Source: Streptococcus phage Javan636. Taken from it: a DNA stretch of 24,000 nucleotides. Made by a program: the position numbers and the translations under genes. Location: sequence record MK448998.1. One strand, 5' to 3'. Below, piece by piece: positions 16,321 through 24,000 of this stretch (its first letter is position 1; each line of letters begins with the position of its first letter). The notes under the pieces were generated by a model. It was given only the letters and a program-made list of their open reading frames with translations, searched no databases and had not been told where the DNA came from.

Positions 16321-16439
16321 GCAACCATAAGTTTTGAGGCGAAACAGCGACACTAATAATATCTATAAACGATTTGATACAAGGTATCTCCTCATTAGAT
16401 GTTGAGCGAAATGGCACGTTCGATTCGTGCAGTGGTTGT
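16321..16439 (+). ncRNA. tRNA-like element 1 (acceptor-like stem + T arm, long non-canonical interior)
   Basis: GCAACCAT (16321-16328)/GTGGTTGT (16432-16439); D-like GTTT-TGAGGCG-AAAC (16331-16345); T arm GCACG-TTCGATT-CGTGC (16414-16430); interior hairpin GATAC/GTATC (16376-16388). Confidence 0.45.
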
Positions 16440-16569
16440 TGGGTTGATAGTCATATCCCTTCCGATGACGATTGGTAAAAAAAGATTCATAGCTCGGCCG
16501 TATAGTTTATGCGTGCATACTCACAACGGATTGACTTACTAAACTTAAGACCGGTTGCGGATGCGACTA

Positions 16570-16644
16570 GACACTTCATGGTTGATATGTAATTTATAGT
16601 TGCAATAAGTTTATAACTAGGTGGTTCGATTCCACTAGGTGTCT
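16570..16644 (+). ncRNA. tRNA-like element 2 (tRNA-sized, 75 nt)
   Basis: Acceptor GACACTT (16570-16576)/AGGTGTC (16637-16643) immediately after T arm GGTGG-TTCGATT-CCACT (16620-16636); best anticodon-like stem ATTTAT/ATAAGT (16592-16610) with loop AGTTGCA, lacking U33. Confidence 0.55.
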
Positions 16645-16646
16645 TT

Positions 16647-16754
16647 AGGAATATGAACCGTGATTGGAAAACGGTAGAGGTAGCGCCTTGTACATTGGCG
16701 AAGGTTCTAGAGAAGTAGTCGTGTACTGTGTCGGTTCGATTCCGACTGTTCCTA
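16647..16754 (+). ncRNA. tRNA-like element 3 (108 nt)
   Basis: Acceptor AGGAATA (16647-16653)/TGTTCCT (16747-16753) directly after T arm GTCGG-TTCGATT-CCGAC (16730-16746); D-like ACCG/CGGT (16657-16675); CGCC-TTGTACATT-GGCG (16684-16700). Confidence 0.55.
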
Positions 16755-16755
16755 T

Positions 16756-16875
16756 TATATTAATGTGAGTAGCTCTCACGAATTAATATAAGGCGATGTT
16801 TAGCATCGGGCTGATAACCCTTAGGATATTACAAAAGTAGCGCTATATAACTGTAATAGTCAGGGAAGCACTGAC
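16756..16875 (+). ncRNA. 3' hairpin array of the non-coding locus
   Basis: TATATTAAT/ATTAATATA (16756-16790, 9 bp) capped by GTGAG/CTCAC; CGATG-TTTAG-CATCG (16794-16808); ATTACA/TGTAAT (16828-16857); GTCAG-GGAAGCA-CTGAC (16859-16875). Confidence 0.55.
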
Positions 16876-16888
16876 ATATCGCATACTT

Positions 16889-16915
16889 AGTCACTCATTG
16901 AGTGGCTTTTTATTT
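16889..16915 (+). terminator. Intrinsic terminator closing the non-coding/tRNA locus
   Basis: AGTCACTC (16889-16896)-ATT-GAGTGGCT (16900-16907), then TTTTATTTTA. Confidence 0.8.
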
Positions 16916-16932
16916 TATGTTGGAAGGAGATT

Positions 16933-17373
16933 TTGGAAGATTTGGGAAGATTAACACTAAAACAACAACGGTTCGCAGATGAGTACATCATCTCCGGAAA
17001 CGCGTATAAATCAGCGTTGAAAGCTGGATACAGTGAAAAGTATTCTAGAGCTAGATCTGCTGAACTGTTGGATAATGTAGGAATTAAGTCGTATATAGAA
17101 GCCCGTTTGGAGAAAATTAACAACGAGAAGATTGCTGATCAATCAGAAATCCTCGAGTTTCTCACATCTGCTATGCGAGGAGAGGTTACAGAGCCCGTGT
17201 TGAAAAATAGCGGCGACTTCGAACAGATTGTCGTTGATGTTAAGCCGAACGTGGCGACGAGGAAAGCAGCTGCTGAGCTACTTGGCAAACGGTACAGGAT
17301 GTGGACCGACAAAGTAGAGGCAGAAATAACTGGAACGGTGGTATTTGTCAATGAAGACGGCATACAAGACTAA
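16933..17373 (+). CDS. terS: Phage terminase small subunit
   Basis: 'LTLKQQRFADEYIISGNAYKSALKAGYSEKYSRARSAELLDNVGIKSYIEARL'; TTG start tentative. Confidence 0.93.
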   Translation: MEDLGRLTLKQQRFADEYIISGNAYKSALKAGYSEKYSRARSAELLDNVGIKSYIEARLEKINNEKIADQSEILEFLTSAMRGEVTEPVLKNSGDFEQIVVDVKPNVATRKAAAELLGKRYRMWTDKVEAEITGTVVFVNEDGIQD

Positions 17374-18661
17374 CCAGAAAATTGAAATCAAAGTAAATTT
17401 GCCTGCAATGGTTGGTAGAGGTTACGGAGGATTTTGGCGTTCAAAAAATTTTTATCGAGTTGTTAAGGGCTCTCGTGGTAGTAAGAAATCAAAAACAACA
17501 GCTTTGAATTACGTTGTAAGAATGTTGAAATATCCTTGGGCCAACTTGTTGGTTGTCAGAAGATACTCAAATACTAATAAGCAGTCAACTTACACTGATT
17601 TCAAATGGGCGTGTAACCAATTGAGGGTTTCTCATTTATTTAAATTTAACGAATCACTACCTGAAATAACAGTTAAGGCCACAGGACAAAAGATTTTATT
17701 TCGTGGTCTTGATGATCCATTGAAAATTACATCAATTACAGTCGATGTCGGATTGCTTTGTTGGTTGTGGGTGGAAGAAGCTTATCAGATTGAAACAGAA
17801 GATAAATTTTCAACAGTTGTTGAATCTATTCGTGGGAGTTTAGATGTTCCTGATTTTTTTAAACAAGTAACGGTCACGTTTAACCCGTGGTCAGAAAGAC
17901 ATTGGTTAAAGCGTGTCTTTTTTGATGAGGAGACAAAGCGAGAAGATACATTTTCGGATACGACTACATTTAGAGTCAATGAATGGCTTGATGAGGTCGA
18001 TAAGAAAAGATATGAAGATTTATATAGAACCAATCCTAGACGTGCCAGAATCGTCTGTGATGGCGAATGGGGAGTAGCTGAGGGGTTGGTATTCAATAAC
18101 TTCGAAGTAGTCGATTTCGACATCCAACAAGTTGTTAGAAGTACAAATGATTCTAGTAACGGAATGGACTTCGGATTTACTCATGACCCAACAACATTTA
18201 TATCCGTATCAATCAATTTAGATACTAAAGAAATGTGGTTATATAACGAGCATTATCAAAAAGCTATGTTAACAGATGATATTGTCAACATGTTGATAAC
18301 TAAAAAGATGCATAAAGCTTACATAGCTGCAGATAATGCCGAAAGACGGTTGATTGCCGAAATTAAAAGTAAAGGCATCAACGGTATAGTTCCGAGTATC
18401 AAAGGCGGAGGGTCTATTATGCAGGGCATCCAGTTCTTGCAGGGTTTTAAAATTTATATCCACCCATCGTGTGAAAACACCATTGAGGAATTTAATACCT
18501 ACACATTTAAGCAAGATAAAGAAGGAAACTGGTTAAATGAACCAATAGATAAAAATAACCACATTATCGATGCGGTTCGTTACGCAGTTGAGAAATACCA
18601 TGTTAAACAAACAAATACAGGTAATAACTTTGACATACTTAAGAAAGGTCTTGGTTATTAG
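17345..18661 (+). CDS. terL: Phage terminase large subunit, PBSX-type
   Basis: Walker-like 'KGSRGSKKSKTTAL', 'WLWVEEAYQI', nuclease-type 'NGMDFGFTHDPTTFI'; the more likely ATG is 17351. Confidence 0.95.
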   Translation: MSMKTAYKTNQKIEIKVNLPAMVGRGYGGFWRSKNFYRVVKGSRGSKKSKTTALNYVVRMLKYPWANLLVVRRYSNTNKQSTYTDFKWACNQLRVSHLFKFNESLPEITVKATGQKILFRGLDDPLKITSITVDVGLLCWLWVEEAYQIETEDKFSTVVESIRGSLDVPDFFKQVTVTFNPWSERHWLKRVFFDEETKREDTFSDTTTFRVNEWLDEVDKKRYEDLYRTNPRRARIVCDGEWGVAEGLVFNNFEVVDFDIQQVVRSTNDSSNGMDFGFTHDPTTFISVSINLDTKEMWLYNEHYQKAMLTDDIVNMLITKKMHKAYIAADNAERRLIAEIKSKGINGIVPSIKGGGSIMQGIQFLQGFKIYIHPSCENTIEEFNTYTFKQDKEGNWLNEPIDKNNHIIDAVRYAVEKYHVKQTNTGNNFDILKKGLGY

Positions 18662-18672
18662 AAAGGGAAATC

Positions 18673-20172
18673 ATGTCATTTATTGAAACATTTGTAGATT
18701 CGACAGGAAACTCAAAAACTTTAGAATTTAGGTTTCACAGAGAATCTCGCATGCGATATCAGACAGACAGTTTAGAGTCTTTGTTTGAAGACGACAACAA
18801 ACTATTAACTGAGTATATTAAACATCACGACACGAAGCAGAAACCGCGCATACAAGAGCTTATGGACTATGCCGAAGGTAACAACCACACCGTCTCAGAA
18901 AAAGGACGCAGGCGTGAAGAAGATATGGCTGATGTTCGTGCTATTCATAATTATGGTAAGTACATCTCTACTTTTAAACAAGGATACCTTGTTGGGAATC
19001 CAATTCGTGTTGAATATGAAGGCGAAGACAACCAAAATCTTTTTAATAAACTGTCTGAGAAGAATAATTTCCACCAACTCAACCGAACTCTTGTTAAAGA
19101 TCTTTCGAAAGTTGGACGAGCTTATGAGCTTATATACCGCAGTGTTAATGATAAAACAGAGGTTGTTCGTTTAGATCCTCGCGATACATTTGTTATTTAT
19201 CAAAGCGATGTTGAGTTATCAAGCTTGGTAGGAGTTCGATATTATGATATCAACCAGCTAACAGAAGACAGTAAGAAAATGGTTGAAGTATATACTCCGA
19301 CGGAAATAATAAAATTTGAATTTGATGGAACACTAGAAGAAATCAGTCGTGATCCTCACGCATTTAACTCTGTTCCAGTAACAGAATATCTAAATACTGA
19401 TGATGGTTTAGGTGACTACGAGACAGAGTTGTCTCTAATCGATTTATACGATTCTGCACAATCAGACACAGCTAATTATATGCAAGACTTATCTGATGCA
19501 ATCCTTGCAATTATCGGTCGCGTATCATTTCCTGATTATGTTGATACACCTGAAAAAGCAATAGATTACCTAAGAAAAATGCGTAAAGCTCGCTTTCTAA
19601 ACCTCGAACCTCCTGTTGATACAGAAGGGAGAGAGGGTTCAGTTGATGCCAAATATCTCTACAAACAGTATGATGTTCAGGGCACTGAAGCGTATAAGGA
19701 CCGAATTGTTCAAGATATCCACAGGTTTACAAATACTCCAGATATGTCAGATAGCAAATTCGCAGGTACTCAGTCTGGTGAAGCTATAAAATGGAAAGTT
19801 TTTGGTTTGGACCAAGAGCGTGTGGACCTAGAGGCACTCTTTGCTAAGTCGTTGAAACGCAGATATAAACTTATCGCTCGTGTTAGTGAGTTGTTAAATG
19901 AGATCAATAATTTCGATATCGAAAAGTTAAAAATTACATTTACTCCAAACATTCCAAAATCCTTACAGGAAAAAATAGATGCTTTTGCTAAGTTAAACGG
20001 AGAGATGTCTAATAAACAAAAACTACGTATCACTAACATTGTTGATGACCCAGATAAAGAGATGGAATATATCCAGGAAGAACAAAAAACTGGTAGCGTA
20101 CTAGCTCAAAAAATGGAAACGCAGTCTCGCATGACTGATGAGGCACTAGCAAATGGCCAAGAAACAAAATAA
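18673..20172 (+). CDS. Phage portal protein, SPP1 Gp6-like
   Basis: 499 aa, 'YRSVNDKTEVVRLDPRDTFVIYQSDVE...SGEAIKWKVFGLDQERVDLEALFAKSLKRRYKLIARV'. Confidence 0.93.
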   Translation: MSFIETFVDSTGNSKTLEFRFHRESRMRYQTDSLESLFEDDNKLLTEYIKHHDTKQKPRIQELMDYAEGNNHTVSEKGRRREEDMADVRAIHNYGKYISTFKQGYLVGNPIRVEYEGEDNQNLFNKLSEKNNFHQLNRTLVKDLSKVGRAYELIYRSVNDKTEVVRLDPRDTFVIYQSDVELSSLVGVRYYDINQLTEDSKKMVEVYTPTEIIKFEFDGTLEEISRDPHAFNSVPVTEYLNTDDGLGDYETELSLIDLYDSAQSDTANYMQDLSDAILAIIGRVSFPDYVDTPEKAIDYLRKMRKARFLNLEPPVDTEGREGSVDAKYLYKQYDVQGTEAYKDRIVQDIHRFTNTPDMSDSKFAGTQSGEAIKWKVFGLDQERVDLEALFAKSLKRRYKLIARVSELLNEINNFDIEKLKITFTPNIPKSLQEKIDAFAKLNGEMSNKQKLRITNIVDDPDKEMEYIQEEQKTGSVLAQKMETQSRMTDEALANGQETK

Positions 20173-21667
20173 TAAATACTGGCGAGATCGTATAAAAGCT
20201 GAAATGGACGCCAAAGATAAAGATGACATTTCTTTAGAAAGAGCTATGAAGCAATTGCACGACTTTCACTATCGAGAAATAGAAAAAGAAATAGATTCAT
20301 TTTATCAACGATACGCTGAAAAAGAAGGTATGGATATACAAGCTGCTAAAAGAGCTGTTTCAGACGCTGATCTAAACGCCTATCAAAAGAAAGCGAAAGA
20401 ATTAGTAGCGAAAGCTAATAAAATGCGGGAACAAGGCATTAAAGTTACAAAAGCAAACTTTACACATCACGAAAATGTTGATATGGCGATTTATAACTTA
20501 AAAATGAAGGTGAAAGCTGATGAATTGCTATTGTTAAACATTGACTTGGCAGCGCACAATCTTGCGATTGATGAGTATAAAACGACTAAAGATTTTTTAG
20601 ACGAAGGATTTCGAAAAGAACTCAAATTTCAATCTGGATTGCTCGGTCTATCTGTAGCAAGCAAAGAAAAAATCAACACACTTGCCGAGGCGACAATAAA
20701 TGCAAACTTTAAAGGTTCTAGATGGTCCGACAAAATTTGGGAGCGACAAGATGAACTTAGAAACATAATTAATCAGGAATGTTATAAAGCTATTGTTAGA
20801 GGTAAAAATGCGGAAAATTACTCTAGCAAACTAAAATCATTTCTAAAGAATGAGATTGATGCCTCGTCAGGATACGCTAGGCGGTTGGCAATCACAGAAC
20901 ATGCAAGAGTTCAAATGGAAGTCGGTCGTTTATCAATGGTTGAAAATGGTTTTAATGGCTTTGATATTATTCCAGAGCCAAGAGCTTGCGATACTTGCAA
21001 GGATATAGCTAAAAAAGGGCCGTTCTCATTAGAAAAATGGGAGACGGGTTCTTATGCTCCACCGTTCCATCCGCATTGCCGTTGTGCAGTTGTCGGAGAA
21101 GATATTGATAAAAAAGATAAAAGTGATAAAATTGAATATGAAATAGCAGATGATAAAATTGAAAAAGAGTTAGACAAGCAGTCTAATAAAGTATTCAAGA
21201 AATTGCTATACAATCAGAAATCAGCATTAGTCGACTATACAAATAACTACCACAAACAAATAAACGAATATCTGAGTGGTATTGTTGCTAATGATGATGT
21301 ACTTGGTTGGGTTGGAGATTTAGCCGATAATGTAGACAAAGCACTTGAAAGTAGTAAAATTGGCAAGGATTTGGTTTTATACAGAGGTGTATCTCAAAAA
21401 GAATTTGAATTGTTGAAAGAAAACGATAGCTGGAATACATTTTTATCAACCTCAATCAACAAGGACGTCGCTTCTGGATTTGGGACTGAAGATTATGGCG
21501 GAAGTGGCTTTGTAGTAGAAATTCAAGCGCCTAGTAATACGAAAGGAATGTATTTAGGACATCATTCGTCAGTAAGTCATGAAAAAGAAATGCTATTACA
21601 ACGTAATCAGAAATATAAAATCTTGAGTTCGTCAGAAAACGAATTAAAAATAGAGGTGTTACCATGA
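20153..21667 (+). CDS. SPP1 gp7-like minor head protein fused to C-terminal ADP-ribosyltransferase domain
   Basis: Head part with 'RLAITEHARVQMEVGR...ACDTCKDIAKKG...PPFHPHCRC'; C-terminal R-S-E ART motifs 'LVLYRGVS', 'TFLSTSIN', 'EKEMLLQRNQKYKIL'. Confidence 0.92.
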   Translation: MAKKQNNKYWRDRIKAEMDAKDKDDISLERAMKQLHDFHYREIEKEIDSFYQRYAEKEGMDIQAAKRAVSDADLNAYQKKAKELVAKANKMREQGIKVTKANFTHHENVDMAIYNLKMKVKADELLLLNIDLAAHNLAIDEYKTTKDFLDEGFRKELKFQSGLLGLSVASKEKINTLAEATINANFKGSRWSDKIWERQDELRNIINQECYKAIVRGKNAENYSSKLKSFLKNEIDASSGYARRLAITEHARVQMEVGRLSMVENGFNGFDIIPEPRACDTCKDIAKKGPFSLEKWETGSYAPPFHPHCRCAVVGEDIDKKDKSDKIEYEIADDKIEKELDKQSNKVFKKLLYNQKSALVDYTNNYHKQINEYLSGIVANDDVLGWVGDLADNVDKALESSKIGKDLVLYRGVSQKEFELLKENDSWNTFLSTSINKDVASGFGTEDYGGSGFVVEIQAPSNTKGMYLGHHSSVSHEKEMLLQRNQKYKILSSSENELKIEVLP

Positions 21668-21978
21668 TAAAAGAAAAATACTTAAAGCCTTTGGAAGAAA
21701 TAGAAAATAAATCGATACGAACAAAATCGCAAATTAATTTTTTGAAATCTGCTAGCGACGAAGAATTGCATGAGCTTGGAATGTGTATTAAGTCCTTTTA
21801 TTCTCCATATTTAGAAAGAAACCACCCTGAATTTTGGGAAGGTTATGCCAAAGAATATAATTTAAATCTACAAATAACATCTGAAGATAAAATAAGGACT
21901 AACCGCTTATTTGATAGATTAGACGAAAATCCTAATCTAACAGTAGCTGAATTCCTTGAAACTCAAAGACATAAATAA
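21664..21978 (+). CDS. Hypothetical protein, translationally coupled to the ART-fusion gene
   Basis: ATGA overlap with upstream stop; 104 aa, charged and acidic. Confidence 0.75.
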   Translation: MIKEKYLKPLEEIENKSIRTKSQINFLKSASDEELHELGMCIKSFYSPYLERNHPEFWEGYAKEYNLNLQITSEDKIRTNRLFDRLDENPNLTVAEFLETQRHK

Positions 21979-22008
21979 AGCACAAAGAGAAATCTGAGTG
22001 CTTTTTTT
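21977..22008 (+). terminator. Intrinsic terminator
   Basis: AAAGCAC (21977-21983)/GTGCTTT (21998-22004) followed by T-run. Confidence 0.65.
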
Positions 22009-22031
22009 GTTGCTCAAAGAAAGGTATTTTT

Positions 22032-22235
22032 ATGATATTTGATATTCTTGGTGCTTTATGTGCCATTGTTTTGTTATGCGCTATTGGTATTGCTTTAATC
22101 ATTTCAGTGCCATTTGCAATCGTGATATTCATATCAGTAATCTATGGCATTGTGTCTATACCAGTTACACTTGGCTTATCGTTCGTTAATGGATTTCGTA
22201 GTGTAATTAGCAAAGGACATGAGAAAGAGCATTAA
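22032..22235 (+). CDS. Small membrane protein
   Basis: 67 aa, very hydrophobic 'ILGALCAIVLLCAIGIALIISVPFAIVIFISVIYGIVSI'; GAAAGG RBS. Confidence 0.65.
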   Translation: MIFDILGALCAIVLLCAIGIALIISVPFAIVIFISVIYGIVSIPVTLGLSFVNGFRSVISKGHEKEH

Positions 22236-22333
22236 TTTTAGAAAGGAGATATCGCACTTGAAACCGTCCGAAAACTGAGAGGAGCGTGATCAATAATCTT
22301 GACTGGTAGGAACAGACTACTAAAGGAGTTGCA

Positions 22334-22477
22334 ATGTTTAAAAAACTATCTGCCTGGATACATAGAAAAACTGTGATAACTGGCAAGTCTTGCTTTAAAA
22401 GAAACTGCAATGAGTTTCACGGAATGAGTCCTTCTTTGCGAGTGAAATTCAATTTACAGAAATCATTTAACAAATAA
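22334..22477 (+). CDS. Small basic protein (47 aa, not in track)
   Basis: AAAGGAG RBS; MFKKLSAWIHRKTVITGKSCFKRNCNEFHGMSPSLRVKFNLQKSFNK*. Confidence 0.5.
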   Translation: MFKKLSAWIHRKTVITGKSCFKRNCNEFHGMSPSLRVKFNLQKSFNK

Positions 22478-22481
22478 CCTC

Positions 22482-22504
22482 AAGACCTTTATAGGTCTTT
22501 TTTT
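22482..22504 (+). terminator. Intrinsic terminator
   Basis: AAGACC-TTTATA-GGTCTT followed by TTTTT. Confidence 0.85.
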
Positions 22505-22683
22505 ATTGTCCTGTCGCATGACATAAAACTAGGCAAATAACTATCACTAGCGTGGCTTGATTGTAGTTGATGATGTATAAACACTCTGACATAGACTAGA
22601 GAGTATAGAGCTCACCTCTCGTGGCTATATGAAGGTGTTATATTCATTGATGATAACAAGACTAGCATGGGAAGGAAAATATA

Positions 22684-23313
22684 ATGAAAACTAATGACTT
22701 GATTAAAATGAACCTACGCAACTTGCAGTTATTTGCTGAAGATGGAGGAGAATCTGTGGATAACAAAGGTTCTGACTCAAATGATAACGCAGGAACTGAC
22801 CAAGGCGAGAAAGAAACTCGTTATACACAATCTGAGCTTGATAGCCAGATTAATAAAGCTATACAGGCTCACATCGCTAAAAATGAGAAAGCTCAACAAG
22901 AGAAAATTGAAAAAGAAGTTGAAGCTCGTTTAGCTAAAAAAGCTGATTATGCTAAGTTATCAGAAGATGAACGTCAAAAGCGTGAATTAGATGATGAGCG
23001 AAATGCATTCCAGGAAGAAAAAGCTAAATTCGAACATGAAAAACTTGTTGTTCAATTACAATCTGACCTTGTTAAAAAAGGTTTACCTGTTGAATTGGCA
23101 GAAACTTTTGCTTTACATACTGACCAAGAGAAAGCTCTTGAAGCTGTGAGTGCTCTTGAAAAGTCATATAAAGATGCAGTTGCGGAAGGTATTAAGCAGT
23201 CATTGCGCCAAGAAACTCCGAGTTTAGGTGCAAATTCTGGAAGTAAACAGTCTAACTATGGTGAACAATTAGCGAATAAGTTCACTCGAAATTCTAAAAA
23301 AATCATTGATTAG
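22684..23313 (+). CDS. Phage capsid assembly scaffolding protein (DUF4355-like)
   Basis: 'MNLRNLQLFA' start, acidic coiled-coil body, position before capsid genes. Confidence 0.88.
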   Translation: MKTNDLIKMNLRNLQLFAEDGGESVDNKGSDSNDNAGTDQGEKETRYTQSELDSQINKAIQAHIAKNEKAQQEKIEKEVEARLAKKADYAKLSEDERQKRELDDERNAFQEEKAKFEHEKLVVQLQSDLVKKGLPVELAETFALHTDQEKALEAVSALEKSYKDAVAEGIKQSLRQETPSLGANSGSKQSNYGEQLANKFTRNSKKIID

Positions 23314-23324
23314 GAGAAATTAAA

Positions 23325-23696
23325 ATGGCACAAAAAACTTATTTTGGAGCAAAAGAAATTCTTCATAACATGGATTATGAAGCTATCTCAGTAACTGTAG
23401 ATAAAACCACAACAGGAACAGTTACTGAAAACGGACGTACTATTCTAAAAGCTGGGACAATTTTAGCCGGCGACGGTGCATCTATTTTTACAGATCGCAC
23501 TAAGAAAGTTAAGAAGTCAACCGTTGAGACTGCCGCAGACGGTGTTTTGTTGCACGATGTAGACATCACAGACGCAGATTCTGCTGCTGCTTTAGTTTAT
23601 CGTGGAACTCTCCGCGAAGATCGCGTAAACGACGGTACAGTAAGCGATGCTTACAAAGCATTACTTAAACACATTCAATTCGTGAAAGGGGTATAA
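23325..23696 (+). CDS. Putative head decoration/capsid accessory protein
   Basis: 123 aa between scaffold and major capsid; 'GTILKAGTILAGDG...DGVLLHDVDITDADSAAALVYRG' resembles phage head-decoration folds. Confidence 0.5.
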   Translation: MAQKTYFGAKEILHNMDYEAISVTVDKTTTGTVTENGRTILKAGTILAGDGASIFTDRTKKVKKSTVETAADGVLLHDVDITDADSAAALVYRGTLREDRVNDGTVSDAYKALLKHIQFVKGV

Positions 23697-23700
23697 TCAA

Positions 23701-24000
23701 ATGGCTTTAATTTATGATTTAATGACAGCATCAAATGTAAAAGGGTACTGGAATGGAGTACAACTCAATTCTGATACAACTCTCGGAGAGAAAGTGTTCC
23801 CTGAACGAAAACAACTCGGTCTCAAACTTTCGCTTGTTAAAGGTGCTTCTGGTCTTCCTGTCGTTCTACGAGCGTCAGCTTTTGATACTAAAGCAACACT
23901 TCGTGACCGCATGAACATCACTATTGATGACGCAGAAATGCCATTTTTCAAAGAAAAAATGGTTGTTAAAGAAACAGATCGTCAACAATTGAACACGATT
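23701..24000 (+). CDS. Phage major capsid protein (E-like), 5' part only; runs off the window
   Basis: ATG 23701; MALIYDLMTASNVKGYWNGVQLNSDTTLGEKVFPERKQLGLKLSLVKGASGLPVVLRASAFDTKATLRDRMNI... Confidence 0.85.
   Translation, partial: MALIYDLMTASNVKGYWNGVQLNSDTTLGEKVFPERKQLGLKLSLVKGASGLPVVLRASAFDTKATLRDRMNITIDDAEMPFFKEKMVVKETDRQQLNTI

Noticed and set aside
17785-18123. 112-aa minus-strand ORF within terL
   Set aside because: Antisense to conserved TerL sequence; low-complexity, serine-rich translation typical of reverse-strand artefacts. The same reasoning applies to 3091-3318, 6622-6861, 10924-11112, 17139-17363, 18269-18514, 19770-20039 and 23712-23951.
22258-22309. Tiny reading frames TTG-KPSEN* and GTG-INNLDW* behind purine-rich SD-like sequences
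   Set aside because: 5-7 codons only and the second has an SD-start spacing of about 1 nt; not enough support to call leader peptides.
22558-22580. Possible late promoter TTGATT...TATAAA upstream of the scaffold gene
   Set aside because: The spacer is only 13 nt, so it does not meet a standard sigma-70 promoter; the leader also has a GAGAG/CTCTC hairpin of unclear meaning.
1-24000. Searched for dedicated defence systems (RM, Abi, CRISPR-Cas, retron, TA)
   Set aside because: No reverse transcriptase, Cas, REase or classical TA pair was recognisable; only the Ltp-like lipoprotein (superinfection exclusion) and the ART-fusion neighbour are candidates.

Overview
The window is most of a temperate-phage (prophage) genome of a Gram-positive, Lactobacillales/Streptococcaceae-like host. 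Layout: a leftward lysogeny module (tyrosine integrase, Ltp-type lipoprotein, ImmA-like peptidase, CI-like repressor), a divergent promoter/operator region, then rightward cro, antirepressor, replication (HTH + DnaD), Bet/RecT recombination, RusA, MazG-like, YopX and DUF1642 genes and many small ORFs, an ArpU-family regulator, and a packaging/head module (TerS, TerL, portal, minor head protein fused to an ADP-ribosyltransferase, scaffold, decoration-like protein, partial major capsid protein). The most unusual region is ~1.65 kb with no plausible ORF (about 15262-16915) between arpU and terS. It is dense with perfect inverted repeats and holds one canonical tRNA-Ser(GCU), one tRNA with a 6-bp anticodon stem whose loop centre reads UUA, and three further tRNA-like elements with acceptor and T arms but non-canonical interiors. 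A ~560-nt ornate candidate RNA (about 15461-16020) lies between the first two tRNAs. Size, position and tRNA neighbours resemble the phage-borne giant ncRNA classes ROOL/GOLLD, but a covariance-model search is needed. Other points of interest: a split/frameshifted replication initiator missed by the ORF track, with tandem repeats at the break; a second structured non-coding stretch upstream of arpU; and a head protein-ART fusion followed by a translationally coupled small acidic gene. All calls are by eye; no database search was run.
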